Shown here: one piece after another, positions 1 to 8,117 of the stretch | Position numbering within the stretch: the stretch's first letter is position 1 | Layout of the letters: the number at the start of each line of letters is the position of its first letter | Virus record (IMG/VR): IMGVR_UViG_3300048861_000272 | Span: 1-37,662 of that record | DNA from: a virus | Taxonomy: Duplodnaviria > Caudoviricetes | Length of the DNA stretch: 37,662 nucleotides | Strand: one strand, 5' to 3' | Notes under the pieces: model-generated | What the model was told of the DNA's origin: nothing | The model's database searches: none | Seen by the model: the letters and a program-made list of their open reading frames with translations, nothing else | Translations under genes and position numbers: made by a program

Positions 1-270
1 GGTCGCAGCCGCATGGCCCCTGTCCCCGGTCGCAGCCGCATGGCCACTGTCCCCGGTCGCAGCCGCATGGCCACTGTCCCCGGTCGCAGCCGCATGGCCC
101 CTGTACCCGGTCGCAGCCGCATGGCCCCTGTACCCGGTCGCAGCCGCATGGCCCCTGTACCCGGTCGCAGCCGCATGGCCCCTGTACCCGGTCGCAGCCG
201 CATGGCCCCTGTACCCGGTCGCAGCCGCATGGCCCCTGTCCCCGGTCGCAGCCGCATGGCCGCTGTTGCC
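1..270. repeat. 27-bp tandem repeat, 10 visible copies (GGTCGCAGCCGCATGGCCVCTGTHSCC), coding on the minus strand
   Basis: Units start at 1, 28, 55, 82, 109, 136, 163, 190, 217 and 244. Variation is almost confined to two positions. Confidence 0.97.
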
Positions 271-663
271 GGTTCCGACGTTCCCCTTCGCTGCACCGAC
301 GATCCATGCGACGCCGCGCTTGATGAACTCGGGGACGGTAAGCTCGGCCTCGATCAGCAGCGACGCCGAAGCAATCTTGCTGTCGTCGGCATGTCGGCCA
401 ATCGTGCCAGATGCCTTGACGACGCAAAAGCGGTTGCCCGCTGACATCGGGTAGTAGTTGAAAACGTCGAACGGCGTCTCGCAGCTATGGAAGCCGGACG
501 AGCAAGCCTCGACCCTGCCGATGTGGTCGAAACGCTTGCCGACCTCATACTGAAAGCCCCGGCACGCAAGGTTCTTGTCGAACCCCTTGAAGGCTGTGAT
601 CTCGGTAACGGGCGCCTGCTCCACGGTCTCGACCGGAGCGGTCGCCTTCTTCTTCGTCGCCAC
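1..663 (-). CDS. Phage protein with N-terminal 'FKGFDKNLACRGFQYEVGK' domain (recalled as DUF7666-type) and C-terminal 9-aa repeats G(D/Y/N)(R/S)GHAAAT; 3' end lies outside the window
   Basis: Manual translation from GTG at 663-661 (GGAG SD upstream): MATKKKATAP...TAFKGFDKNLACRGFQYEVGKRFDHIGRVEACSSGFHSCETPFDVFNYYP...GNSGHAAATGDRGHAAAT... The frame is open to position 1, which is why the ORF track lacks it. Confidence 0.85.
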   Translation of the reverse strand, partial: MATKKKATAPVETVEQAPVTEITAFKGFDKNLACRGFQYEVGKRFDHIGRVEACSSGFHSCETPFDVFNYYPMSAGNRFCVVKASGTIGRHADDSKIASASLLIEAELTVPEFIKRGVAWIVGAAKGNVGTGNSGHAAATGDRGHAAATGYRGHAAATGYRGHAAATGYRGHAAATGYRGHAAATGYRGHAAATGDSGHAAATGDSGHAAATGDRGHAAAT

Positions 664-698
664 TGTCTATCTCCCAGCCCGGTTCGGGTGTGTGGGAG

Positions 699-752
699 TG
701 TGTTACGCCCGGTGTAAGCCTCTCGTCAACAGCTAAATTGCATGGGGCGTAA
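699..752 (-). promoter_or_regulatory. PL-like promoter with two OL-like operators (TTAC-N7-GTAA type)
   Basis: Minus strand reads TTGACG-N6-TTACACCGGGCGTAA (729-703), the same layout as the promoter before cro. Second site TTGCATGGGGCGTAA at 738-752. Confidence 0.75.
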
Positions 753-823
753 GTTTTGCTCGCGCCACGCGAATCAGCTCTGTATGATGCCCGCATTCCC
801 TAGCTGTAGGAAAGCGGCATCCG

Positions 824-2005
824 ATGGAAGTTGCATGGCCCGACCCCGATTTCACCAGCCCCTACTTTTGTCATGGGCCGACACTGTTGAGTTTCAGCGG
901 CGGCGAGACATCCGCCTATATGCTTTACCAAGTGCTGTGCGCGCATGGCGGCGTGTTGCCTGACTACGTGATCGTAGCGTTCGCCAACACCGGCCGCGAG
1001 ATGGAGGAAACGCTACGGTTCGTCCATGAGTGCGCCACGCGCTGGGGCGTCAGAATTTATTGGGTCGAATGGCGACCGCCGACTAAACGGCTTCCCGCTG
1101 CGAAGTGCCCGCATAAGAAGAGAGGTCGCTGTGCCGACTGCAAGCGTGAAGCTATTATGCTTGCCGCATCTAAGCGATTTGAGCTGGTCGGCTTTAACTC
1201 GGCCGATCGAGAGGGCAGATGGTTCGCCGAGCTAATCCGCCGCAAACAATACCTACCCAATCAGGATAGGCGCTACTGCACCGAAAAGCTAAAAATAGAC
1301 ACGATGAAATGGTTAATGGTGTCTCTCGGCTATGAGCGTTGGTTCAACATGGTGGGACTGCGTGCCGACGAACGGCATCGCGTTATCAAGCAAGTTCTGC
1401 GAAATGCCAGCGGTGTTGAACGCTTTGTGTCAGGATGCCCGATGGCGGTCGCCGGGGCCACCAAGCGAGTAGTTGAGCGCTTCTGGCATGGAGCTCGCGG
1501 GCGCTGGTCGATGGTTACGCTGTTGCGCCAGAGGGGACTGGCAGCGATCCAACCCCTTATGCCGCAGGGGTTCATTCTCGGCCTGTACCCCTTTGAGGGC
1601 AATTGCGATCTCTGCTTTTTAAAGGGGCGCTTCAAGAAAATGGCGGTGATCCGTTCTCGCCCTGCCACTCCAAAATGGTGGTCGGAGCAAGAGCATGTCG
1701 CGACCAAGCTAACCAAAGTCCGCACGTCCTACATGAAGCGGTTCGATAAGGACGAGAGCGTAGATGATCTTGTGAAGGCGACAGAAGCCTCGCCCATGAT
1801 GCGGATCGAGGACGACGACGAGAACGACGCCGAATGTGGTGTCACGTGCATCGCCAACGACACTGACGAGCCGGTTGACGACGAGACTTGGGCTTGGGTA
1901 GTCGAGCAACTGAATAAGGCAATAGCCAACCCAATCGCTTTGCCAAAAGTACGCAAGGCTACCCCGGCCGCAGTCGGCGACCTATTCGCGGAGAAAGCAG
2001 CATGA
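824..2005 (+). CDS. PAPS-reductase-like PP-loop protein, lambda NinC-like
   Basis: SFSGGETSAYML PP-loop, FANTGRE, RYCTEKLKI, VGLRADE, GNCDLCFLKG and ECGVTC match the NinC/PAPS-reductase-like pattern. There is an extra CPH...CADC insert. Confidence 0.85.
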   Translation: MEVAWPDPDFTSPYFCHGPTLLSFSGGETSAYMLYQVLCAHGGVLPDYVIVAFANTGREMEETLRFVHECATRWGVRIYWVEWRPPTKRLPAAKCPHKKRGRCADCKREAIMLAASKRFELVGFNSADREGRWFAELIRRKQYLPNQDRRYCTEKLKIDTMKWLMVSLGYERWFNMVGLRADERHRVIKQVLRNASGVERFVSGCPMAVAGATKRVVERFWHGARGRWSMVTLLRQRGLAAIQPLMPQGFILGLYPFEGNCDLCFLKGRFKKMAVIRSRPATPKWWSEQEHVATKLTKVRTSYMKRFDKDESVDDLVKATEASPMMRIEDDDENDAECGVTCIANDTDEPVDDETWAWVVEQLNKAIANPIALPKVRKATPAAVGDLFAEKAA

Positions 2006-2163
2006 CGCCTGATATCTATAATGCTCTGCTACGCATCGCGCAGCGGCAGCATGGCATCGCCTTCCCGCCGAGTAAGGAGTACGTTACTTACCTCGAGGAG
2101 GTTATCGAACGATATCAAGAGATCGCGACCGAAGCTCTCAAGGCGGAGGGTTGGGAAGCATGA
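2002..2163 (+). CDS. 53-aa hypothetical protein (MTPDIYNALLRIAQRQ...KAEGWEA)
   Basis: Manually found. ATGA overlaps at both ends couple it to the flanking genes, and a GGAG SD lies upstream. Confidence 0.7.
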   Translation: MTPDIYNALLRIAQRQHGIAFPPSKEYVTYLEEVIERYQEIATEALKAEGWEA

Positions 2164-2492
2164 AGCGCGTCGAAATCGCCAGCTATCCGGTGTCTATTTT
2201 CATCGCCGGCCGAGCATCCGACATTGAAGAGCAATGTCGTACCTACTGCGACGAAGTCGGCCTATGCGTTACCTGCACCCCAACGACGTTCATCTACACG
2301 GGCGGCGAGGAAGATGGTTATATCGTTGGCCTTATCAACTACCCGCGTTTCCCGTCTGCCCCAAAAGCGATCTGGGAGCACGCCGAAACGCTCGCGGCTC
2401 GGCTTCGCATCGAGGCTGATCAGCAATCCTACACCATCCAGGCACCGGACAAGACGGTCTGGTTTAGCCATTGCGATCAGGACGGAGGCTAG
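2160..2492 (+). CDS. Phage hypothetical protein (GLCVTCTPTTFIYTGGEEDG...NYPRFP motif)
   Basis: ATG at 2160 is coupled to the upstream stop, with a GGAGG SD. The motif is recalled from other phage proteins of unknown function. Confidence 0.8.
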   Translation: MKRVEIASYPVSIFIAGRASDIEEQCRTYCDEVGLCVTCTPTTFIYTGGEEDGYIVGLINYPRFPSAPKAIWEHAETLAARLRIEADQQSYTIQAPDKTVWFSHCDQDGG

Positions 2493-2869
2493 CCGCTCGA
2501 CGCTGCCTGCGGAAACATCTCGCCTGCAATCCTTCGAAGACGCTCTACCTCGTCATTGGTGAGCCGCTGTGGCAACGATATGACGGTGCTGTCCTTGGTC
2601 GGATCATCGCCGAGAAGCTGCCAGCTCTCGATGTCCAGAACCGCCGCGAACGCCTCAAGCGATTGCTGGCTGTATGGTTGGTCGCCGCTTTCGATCCGGC
2701 TTAGGCTGGCCGTCGTTTTCGGCACCTTCCGCTCTTCCGGCGGCACGCCTTCTAGCAGCACGTCGAGGCGGCCGATGAACTCGGCTTGCGTGAAACCCTT
2801 CTTCCGGCGCCACGCCTTCAGATAAGTGGGCTTGAGCCTGCCCGGCTTCGGTTCTGCCTTACGCGCCAT
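2489..2869 (-). CDS. XRE-family HTH repressor (CI-like) without a C-terminal S24 peptidase
   Basis: YLKAWRRKKGFTQAEF...TASLSRIESG HTH, divergent from cro. Start placed at ATG 2869 because the longer ORF runs through the operators and PR. Confidence 0.85.
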   Translation of the reverse strand: MARKAEPKPGRLKPTYLKAWRRKKGFTQAEFIGRLDVLLEGVPPEERKVPKTTASLSRIESGDQPYSQQSLEAFAAVLDIESWQLLGDDPTKDSTVISLPQRLTNDEVERLRRIAGEMFPQAASSG

Positions 2870-2957
2870 GTAAGGCAATATCCAACAGCCGCCATCCCGT
2901 TGGAATGCCATCGGGCGTAAGTCGGGCTTGACGTGCGTATTACATCGGGCGTAAGTC
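2859..2957. promoter_or_regulatory. OR-like region: three operators plus PR (rightward) and PRM-like (leftward) promoters
   Basis: Sites: TTACGCGCCATGTAA 2859-2873 (overlaps the repressor ATG), TGCCATCGGGCGTAA 2906-2920, TTACATCGGGCGTAA 2940-2954. The -35 TTGACG is at 2928-2933. Confidence 0.8.
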
Positions 2958-2964
2958 ATAGGCT

Positions 2965-3168
2965 ATGACGCTCGATCAATATCTCAACGCCGAAAGTCTG
3001 ACCGCCGCCGCGTTCGGGGAGCGGGTCGATCTAAGCGAGGCTTCAGTATCGCGCATACGGCGTGGTGAGCAGAATATCACCCGCGACGTGATGCTTCGGA
3101 TCATCGCTGCCTCCGGAGGGCTGATCACGGCCGATGGCCTCGTGCGTCCCTCGCAGGCGGCAGCATGA
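2965..3168 (+). CDS. Cro-like HTH protein
   Basis: 67-aa HTH (LTAAAFGERVDLSEASVSRIRRG), divergent from the repressor and apparently leaderless. Confidence 0.9.
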   Translation: MTLDQYLNAESLTAAAFGERVDLSEASVSRIRRGEQNITRDVMLRIIAASGGLITADGLVRPSQAAA

Positions 3169-3272
3169 CCGCCCTCCGCAAGGTCGCCGGCACCCCGGTC
3201 GAGCTGCTGCGCGTGGTGCGTGTCGAGCGCCGCCTCGGGGATGCGCCGGTTCTGTTTGAGGGAGGGCGGTAA
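3165..3272 (+). CDS. 35-aa hypothetical protein
   Basis: ATGA overlap with cro; MTALRKVAGTPVELLRVVRVERRLGDAPVLFEGGR. Confidence 0.5.
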   Translation: MTALRKVAGTPVELLRVVRVERRLGDAPVLFEGGR

Positions 3273-3275
3273 CCC

Positions 3276-3413
3276 ATGCTCGCCACCCTCTACCTCGCCC
3301 TCAGCCTCTTCACAGCCGCCTGCCTCATGCATCCGCGCGATCCGATCGAGGATGCGCGCGATGATGGTGGAGAGGGGTTGGGCGGCGTCTTTCATTTCGG
3401 AGGCATTCTTTAA
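3276..3413 (+). CDS. 45-aa hypothetical protein with hydrophobic N-terminus
   Basis: GGAGG SD; MLATLYLALSLFTAACLMHP...; TAATG overlap with the next gene. Confidence 0.5.
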   Translation: MLATLYLALSLFTAACLMHPRDPIEDARDDGGEGLGGVFHFGGIL

Positions 3414-3892
3414 TGACGCAGCGCAGCGATGTACGCCCGCCCTTGAAGCGCCTCACGGACGCCGACGCCCGCCATTACCTCGCGGCCGGGCTTCTCAAGG
3501 TCTGCCATGAACATGGCCCCAGCCGCGTCGGGCTAGAGATCGGGTGCGACGAGAAGACCGTCCGTCGTGCGCGTGACGAGGGCAGCACGCTTGGTCTGGC
3601 CTGCGCCTTCAACCTGCTCGACGTGGACGAACGCGCCTTGGATGCGCTCGCTGCCGCCAAGGGGTTTCGTTTCGTGCGGAGCGAGGTCGCCGAGACGGTA
3701 GATGCGATCGTCGCGCAGTCGGCGACCATCCACAAGCTGTCCATGGCGCGGGACCCGTCCGGCCCCGGCGGCGTGATCGAGACCGATGACGAGCTGATCG
3801 ACATGGAAGCGGAGGTGATCGAGGCCATTCGCTCGCTCCAGAACCTCCGCAGCCGTATCGTCGGCGCCAAGGCTCGGAGGGCGGCGGCATGA
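3413..3892 (+). CDS. CII-like regulatory protein
   Basis: Position after cro, HTH-like segment (SRVGLEIGCDEKTVRRAR) and helical C-terminus. Confidence 0.6.
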   Translation: MTQRSDVRPPLKRLTDADARHYLAAGLLKVCHEHGPSRVGLEIGCDEKTVRRARDEGSTLGLACAFNLLDVDERALDALAAAKGFRFVRSEVAETVDAIVAQSATIHKLSMARDPSGPGGVIETDDELIDMEAEVIEAIRSLQNLRSRIVGAKARRAAA

Positions 3893-4347
3893 CGATCGCT
3901 GTCCCCGAGCGCGTGAAGATCACGCTCGCCATGCTCACCCGCGCTGCGAACGATGGCGCGCCGTGCCCGAGCAATGATGAGATAGCCGAGCGCATCGGCG
4001 CGGAGAGTTCGGCCACGGCGGTTCGCACTATCGCGCTCCTCGAAGTGATGGGCTGCATCACCGTGCAGCGCGGCAATGACCGTCGTGTCGTCACCATCGT
4101 TGCTACTGGCAAGTGCACGGCGGGGACGATCCGTAACCCGATCAAGCCCCGGCCCCGTGTCGGACGGCGGAAGGTATATCGGCGCCGCGAGAACGCGTGG
4201 ACTGCTGCCGACGATGGGTTCCTGATGGACCGTATCGCCGAGGGCGACGACTTCGAGCAGGCCGCGTTCGTGATCGGCAAGACGGCCGATGTCTGCGAGG
4301 CGCGGTTCGGGATGCTGGCGGCGCAGATGGGGGCGCAGGCGGTATGA
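3889..4347 (+). CDS. Two-domain DNA-binding protein (N-terminal winged HTH, C-terminal Myb/GcrA-like HTH)
   Basis: CPSNDEIAERIG...TAVRTIALLEVMGCITV, and AWTAADDGFLMDRIAEG...IGKTADVCEARF. Confidence 0.65.
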   Translation: MTIAVPERVKITLAMLTRAANDGAPCPSNDEIAERIGAESSATAVRTIALLEVMGCITVQRGNDRRVVTIVATGKCTAGTIRNPIKPRPRVGRRKVYRRRENAWTAADDGFLMDRIAEGDDFEQAAFVIGKTADVCEARFGMLAAQMGAQAV

Positions 4348-4529
4348 GCCGCGCCTTTGGCTCCCAGCGCCCGAGCAAGGCCCACGATCGCGCCGCCGCT
4401 GTCCAGCTTGCCTGCAACGCGCGTGAGATGCCGAGCACGGAATTGCTGATGCAGCGCTACCGGCTGACGCGGCAGGAAGCGCAGGAAATCATCTATTCGG
4501 CTCGGAGGGCGCGTGGCGAGCTTGCCTGA
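4344..4529 (+). CDS. Hypothetical protein, 61 aa
   Basis: ATGA coupling at 4344; MSRAFGSQRPSK... Confidence 0.6.
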   Translation: MSRAFGSQRPSKAHDRAAAVQLACNAREMPSTELLMQRYRLTRQEAQEIIYSARRARGELA

Positions 4530-4959
4530 CTTCTCTGCGCTGGAAAGCCCGCTCTACGCGGCGCTCGATGCCGGCATCTATGTCGAGCCGAAGGACCGCG
4601 ACCCGGCGAGCGAGGATAAGCGCCAGGCGGCGTTCGTGCGGCTGATGCGAACCACCGCGCGTGGCTGCCGTGTCGCAGCGGTACCGAACGGGACGAACAT
4701 CACCACACGCTATGGGCGCGCCAAGGTCCAGCGCGAGGGCATGGCCGGCGGGGAGCCGGATCTTCAAATCTCATGGGCGGGCGGCTTCACGGCGCGGATA
4801 GAGTTCAAGTCAGGCTCGGGCAAGCCGGACGATCGGCAGGTCGAGGTGCTGAACTGGTATCACGTGCGCGGCCATCCCGTCGCGGTTTGCCGGACTGCGG
4901 AAGGAGCGTTGCGGTGGCTGAGGTTCATCGGTGCGCCTGTTCCGGAGGTGAAATCATGA
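4513..4959 (+). CDS. VRR-NUC / PD-(D/E)XK nuclease
   Basis: AVPNG...KVQREGMAGGEPDL...IEFKSGSGKPDDRQ motif. Confidence 0.85.
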   Translation: MASLPDFSALESPLYAALDAGIYVEPKDRDPASEDKRQAAFVRLMRTTARGCRVAAVPNGTNITTRYGRAKVQREGMAGGEPDLQISWAGGFTARIEFKSGSGKPDDRQVEVLNWYHVRGHPVAVCRTAEGALRWLRFIGAPVPEVKS

Positions 4960-5579
4960 GCACGGCACCGGATGAAGTAGCCTCGCCGGTCAAGCTTGCT
5001 TGGGTCGATCAGCGCAGTCTCCCGGAATGGGGGCAGGCAAAGGATGGTCGGCATGTAAAACTTGAGCCTGATGACGTACTGGTCGCAGCCTATTCGGAAT
5101 GGCAGGCGGGCGCGTGTCGTCACGAGCGGTTCATCATCCACAAGCGTCAAGATTCTCTTGGCCGCGACATCTTCTTTCGCATGTGCAAACATTGCGCGGC
5201 GCAGGTTTCTAGCGCCATCGCGCATAAGGACGTGGCGCATATCGCGGTCAATATCGACCCGATCGAGAAGTTCGACAATCGCCACAAGCGTTATGAGAGC
5301 GCGCGTCGCGAGGCTCTGGAGGCTATCGAGCAGGCGGCGGCAGAACGTCAGCAGCCCAGTCGTCGGGCTGAGTACGGCCAACATCTTGCATCCGATACCT
5401 GGAAGGACATGCGCGCCAAGGTTTTGAAGCGCGACCGTGGCATCTGCCAGGGTTGCCTCGATGCGCGCGCTGACGAAGTGCATCACACGACCTACGCGCA
5501 CATCCGGTCCGAGTTCGCTTTCGAGCTTGTGTCGCTGTGTTCGGATTGCCACGCCCGTCTCCACGACAGGGCTGTATGA
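4956..5579 (+). CDS. HNH endonuclease-domain protein
   Basis: C-terminal RDRGICQGC...EVHHTTY...LVSLCSDCHARLH; ATGA coupling at both ends. Confidence 0.85.
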   Translation: MSTAPDEVASPVKLAWVDQRSLPEWGQAKDGRHVKLEPDDVLVAAYSEWQAGACRHERFIIHKRQDSLGRDIFFRMCKHCAAQVSSAIAHKDVAHIAVNIDPIEKFDNRHKRYESARREALEAIEQAAAERQQPSRRAEYGQHLASDTWKDMRAKVLKRDRGICQGCLDARADEVHHTTYAHIRSEFAFELVSLCSDCHARLHDRAV

Positions 5580-7927
5580 GCAGTCGCCCCGCGCCTCTGT
5601 GCGCGCCCGCATGGAATGATTTTCCGGTCGCGACCTTCGCGGGTCAGCACGACACGCATATCGATACCGGCGAGGATTATGCGACGCTCACGTTGGCGGA
5701 GCTATTCGCGGTCAAGCCGCAGTCCAAGTCGAAGATGTCCGGCAATGCGTTTCTGCCGAGCAGCTACTATGATTATGACGCGCGCTCCCACGAGGCGCAG
5801 CGGGAGCGTGGTTCATTCGTCGCGCTGGTCGGAGACATCGACAGCGGCGACCTGTCTCTGGACGCCGTGCGGGCCGCTACGCAGCGCTTCGCGGATGGCG
5901 CGGCATGGCTGATCTATTCCAGCGCTCATTCGCGTGACGGGGACCGCCGCTGGCGCGTCGTCATCCCGCTTGATGCTCCGATCGGGTTCGCTGACTGGTT
6001 CGACGCGCAGACCGCGTTCTTCACCTTCATGGAGGGTCTTGGCCTTCCCATGGACCGGGCGCTGTCCCGTGCCGGCCAGCCCGTCTATCTGCCTAACGTA
6101 CCTTTTGCCTACAAGGACGGCACGCCCCTGCGCGATGAGCGTGGCGAGCCGATCTATTATCAGTCGGCAGCGACTGACACCGACGCACCAGGTCTTGATA
6201 TTGACCGCGGTATCGTCGCGGGCGGCATCGCCTCGATCCGCCAGCAGCGTGCGGCGGATGACCGGGAGCGCGAGGTCCTCCGCAAGGCAGCGGCTGAGCG
6301 CTTCGCCAGCCGCCCCCGTAGCGATGGTGGCAGCATCATCGAGAATTTCAACACGTCCACCGGCGTCGCCACGATGCTGGAGATGTGCGGCTACGAACAA
6401 AGCCCTCGATCGTCGGACGATTGGAAGTCGCCGCAGCAGACTGGCGAGACATATGCCACCCGCATAATCGAGGGTAAATGGGTCAGCCTTTCGGCGAGCG
6501 ACGCTGCGTCGGGCCTTGGCTCGAAATGCAAGAGCGGATGCTTCGGCGACGCTTACGACCTTTATGTGCATTACAAGCACGGCGGCGACCACAAGAACGC
6601 CTATCGCGAGCTTGGCCGCGAACAGCGCGGTCACAATGTCGTGCAGGGCCATTTTCGCGGTGAGGACCCAGGCTGGGAGAAAGTCCCAGATTGGATCTAT
6701 GAAGCCGACGATAGCGAGCCTGATACCGATCCCCCGGCGGACTTCGCTGGCGACGCGGCACCCCCCGAACCCAACACGCTCGGCTTCAACATCCTGGATT
6801 GGTCCACGGATCGATTCATGGGCAAAGCGCCGCCGATCGAGTGGCTGTGCGAGGGGACGATTCCTCAGGGTGTTCCCGCGCTTCTCGCGGCCATGGGCGG
6901 CGTCGGCAAGAGCTTCATCGCACTCGACCTCGCCTTGGAGATTGCCACGGCGGTAGCTTACGGCCAGGAGCGCAAGGTTCTCGGCGGCAGGGTTATCGCA
7001 CGCGGCAGTGTCGTGGTGCTGAACGCCGAAGACAGCAAGGATAGCGTCCACCGCCGGCTTGAGGCAATCGACACAGGCGGCCGACGCGAGGGTGCGAACG
7101 GCCGGGTCTTCATTGTTCCGCTGCCCGAAGTCGGCGGCCCCATGCCTCTTGTTGCAGGTGGCGGAGGCCAGTTCCTCAAGACCGAAAAGTTCGAGGCGCT
7201 GCTAGGTCAGCTCGGACAGATACCCGACCTCAAGCTGGTTATCATTGATCCGCTCCAAGCGTTCGTGACCGCCGACATTTCAAAAGACCCGGCCGCCGGC
7301 CAGTTCATGTGGTCAGCCTTTGCGCAGATTTGCGCGCGGACGGGCGCCACCGTCTTGGCGGCGCACCACATGCGCAAGGACGGGGCTGCGAAGATCGCAA
7401 CGGCTGACGATGCCCGCGAGACGATCAGAGGCTCAACAGCCCTCGTGGACGGCGCCAGGGCCACCTACGCGCTCTGGACGGCCTCTGAGGAGGATACGCT
7501 GCGTATCTGTAATGAGGCGGGTGTGCAGCCCCAGCGCAAGCGTGTCGTGCATGGCGCGGTGGTCAAGGCCAACGATCAGCACGACCTGGAAATCCATACC
7601 TATGTGCGGGCCGATAACGGCCTGCTCATGGACGCGACGGACGCGGGCCGCCGGGTGGCGACATCGCCGGGTGGCATGACCACCTCGCAATGCATTTCAG
7701 CGCTGCGTGAGGTTGAGCGCCGATGGGTGCTTGGCCGCCCGTTCAGCGCCGCGTCCAACTCCCCCGATCGCTACTTCGGTGGGTGGCTCCAGCGCGAATT
7801 CAAGGTCTCCAAAGAGACCGCCAAGCGGCAGATGGACGATTGGTTTCACAACGAAATGATCGCCTCCGAGATGTTTGATCGGAAGGCAAAATCAGTCGGA
7901 ATCCGGGTGCTGAAGTGGCCCGGCTAG
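5576..7927 (+). CDS. Bifunctional primase (AEP-like)-helicase (RepA/AAA_25-like)
   Basis: N-terminal GDID and YSSAHS...RWRVVIPL motifs. C-terminal Walker A GGVGKS, Walker B VIIDP, HHMRK and RGSTAL. Confidence 0.88.
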   Translation: MSSRPAPLCAPAWNDFPVATFAGQHDTHIDTGEDYATLTLAELFAVKPQSKSKMSGNAFLPSSYYDYDARSHEAQRERGSFVALVGDIDSGDLSLDAVRAATQRFADGAAWLIYSSAHSRDGDRRWRVVIPLDAPIGFADWFDAQTAFFTFMEGLGLPMDRALSRAGQPVYLPNVPFAYKDGTPLRDERGEPIYYQSAATDTDAPGLDIDRGIVAGGIASIRQQRAADDREREVLRKAAAERFASRPRSDGGSIIENFNTSTGVATMLEMCGYEQSPRSSDDWKSPQQTGETYATRIIEGKWVSLSASDAASGLGSKCKSGCFGDAYDLYVHYKHGGDHKNAYRELGREQRGHNVVQGHFRGEDPGWEKVPDWIYEADDSEPDTDPPADFAGDAAPPEPNTLGFNILDWSTDRFMGKAPPIEWLCEGTIPQGVPALLAAMGGVGKSFIALDLALEIATAVAYGQERKVLGGRVIARGSVVVLNAEDSKDSVHRRLEAIDTGGRREGANGRVFIVPLPEVGGPMPLVAGGGGQFLKTEKFEALLGQLGQIPDLKLVIIDPLQAFVTADISKDPAAGQFMWSAFAQICARTGATVLAAHHMRKDGAAKIATADDARETIRGSTALVDGARATYALWTASEEDTLRICNEAGVQPQRKRVVHGAVVKANDQHDLEIHTYVRADNGLLMDATDAGRRVATSPGGMTTSQCISALREVERRWVLGRPFSAASNSPDRYFGGWLQREFKVSKETAKRQMDDWFHNEMIASEMFDRKAKSVGIRVLKWPG

Positions 7928-7929
7928 GT

Positions 7930-8085
7930 GGCGGAAGTGGGCGGAAGTGGCATAGCTAAGTCATTGAAATCATTGGGCGGAAGTGTTGGCGGAAGTGGCG
8001 GAAGTAAAATCCTAAGTATCTGTAATCATTGGCGGAAGTAGGCGGGGCGGAAGCCCCTATGTATTACATACATATCCGCTTCCGC
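7930..8085. repeat. Iteron cluster, probable replication origin
   Basis: GGCGGAAGT at 7930, 7940, 7976, 7988, 7997 and 8031; GGCGGAAGC at 8046; an inverted copy at 8078-8085. Two CTAAGT...AATCATT AT-rich spacers and a TATGTATTACATA palindrome at 8058-8070. Confidence 0.75.
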
Positions 8086-8117
8086 TTGGCGGCGGAGCGG
8101 ATCAGGAGATTTGAAAA

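Noticed and set aside
1-270. CRISPR array, or the plus-strand ORF 13-444 (MAPVPGRSR repeats)
   Set aside because: The units are contiguous with no spacers. The minus-strand frame continues into a recognisable phage domain with an SD and promoter, so the plus-strand ORF is a shadow.
824-2005. Auxiliary metabolic cysH for sulfate assimilation, or a complete Dnd system
   Set aside because: Motifs follow the NinC-like subgroup rather than CysH (no C-terminal ECGLH), and no dndA/D/E or ssp genes are present.
703-2954. CtrA boxes (TTAA-N7-TTAA)
   Set aside because: The spacing is the same, but the half-sites are TTAC/GTAA with a conserved GC-rich core and cluster at PL/PR, as expected for phage operators.
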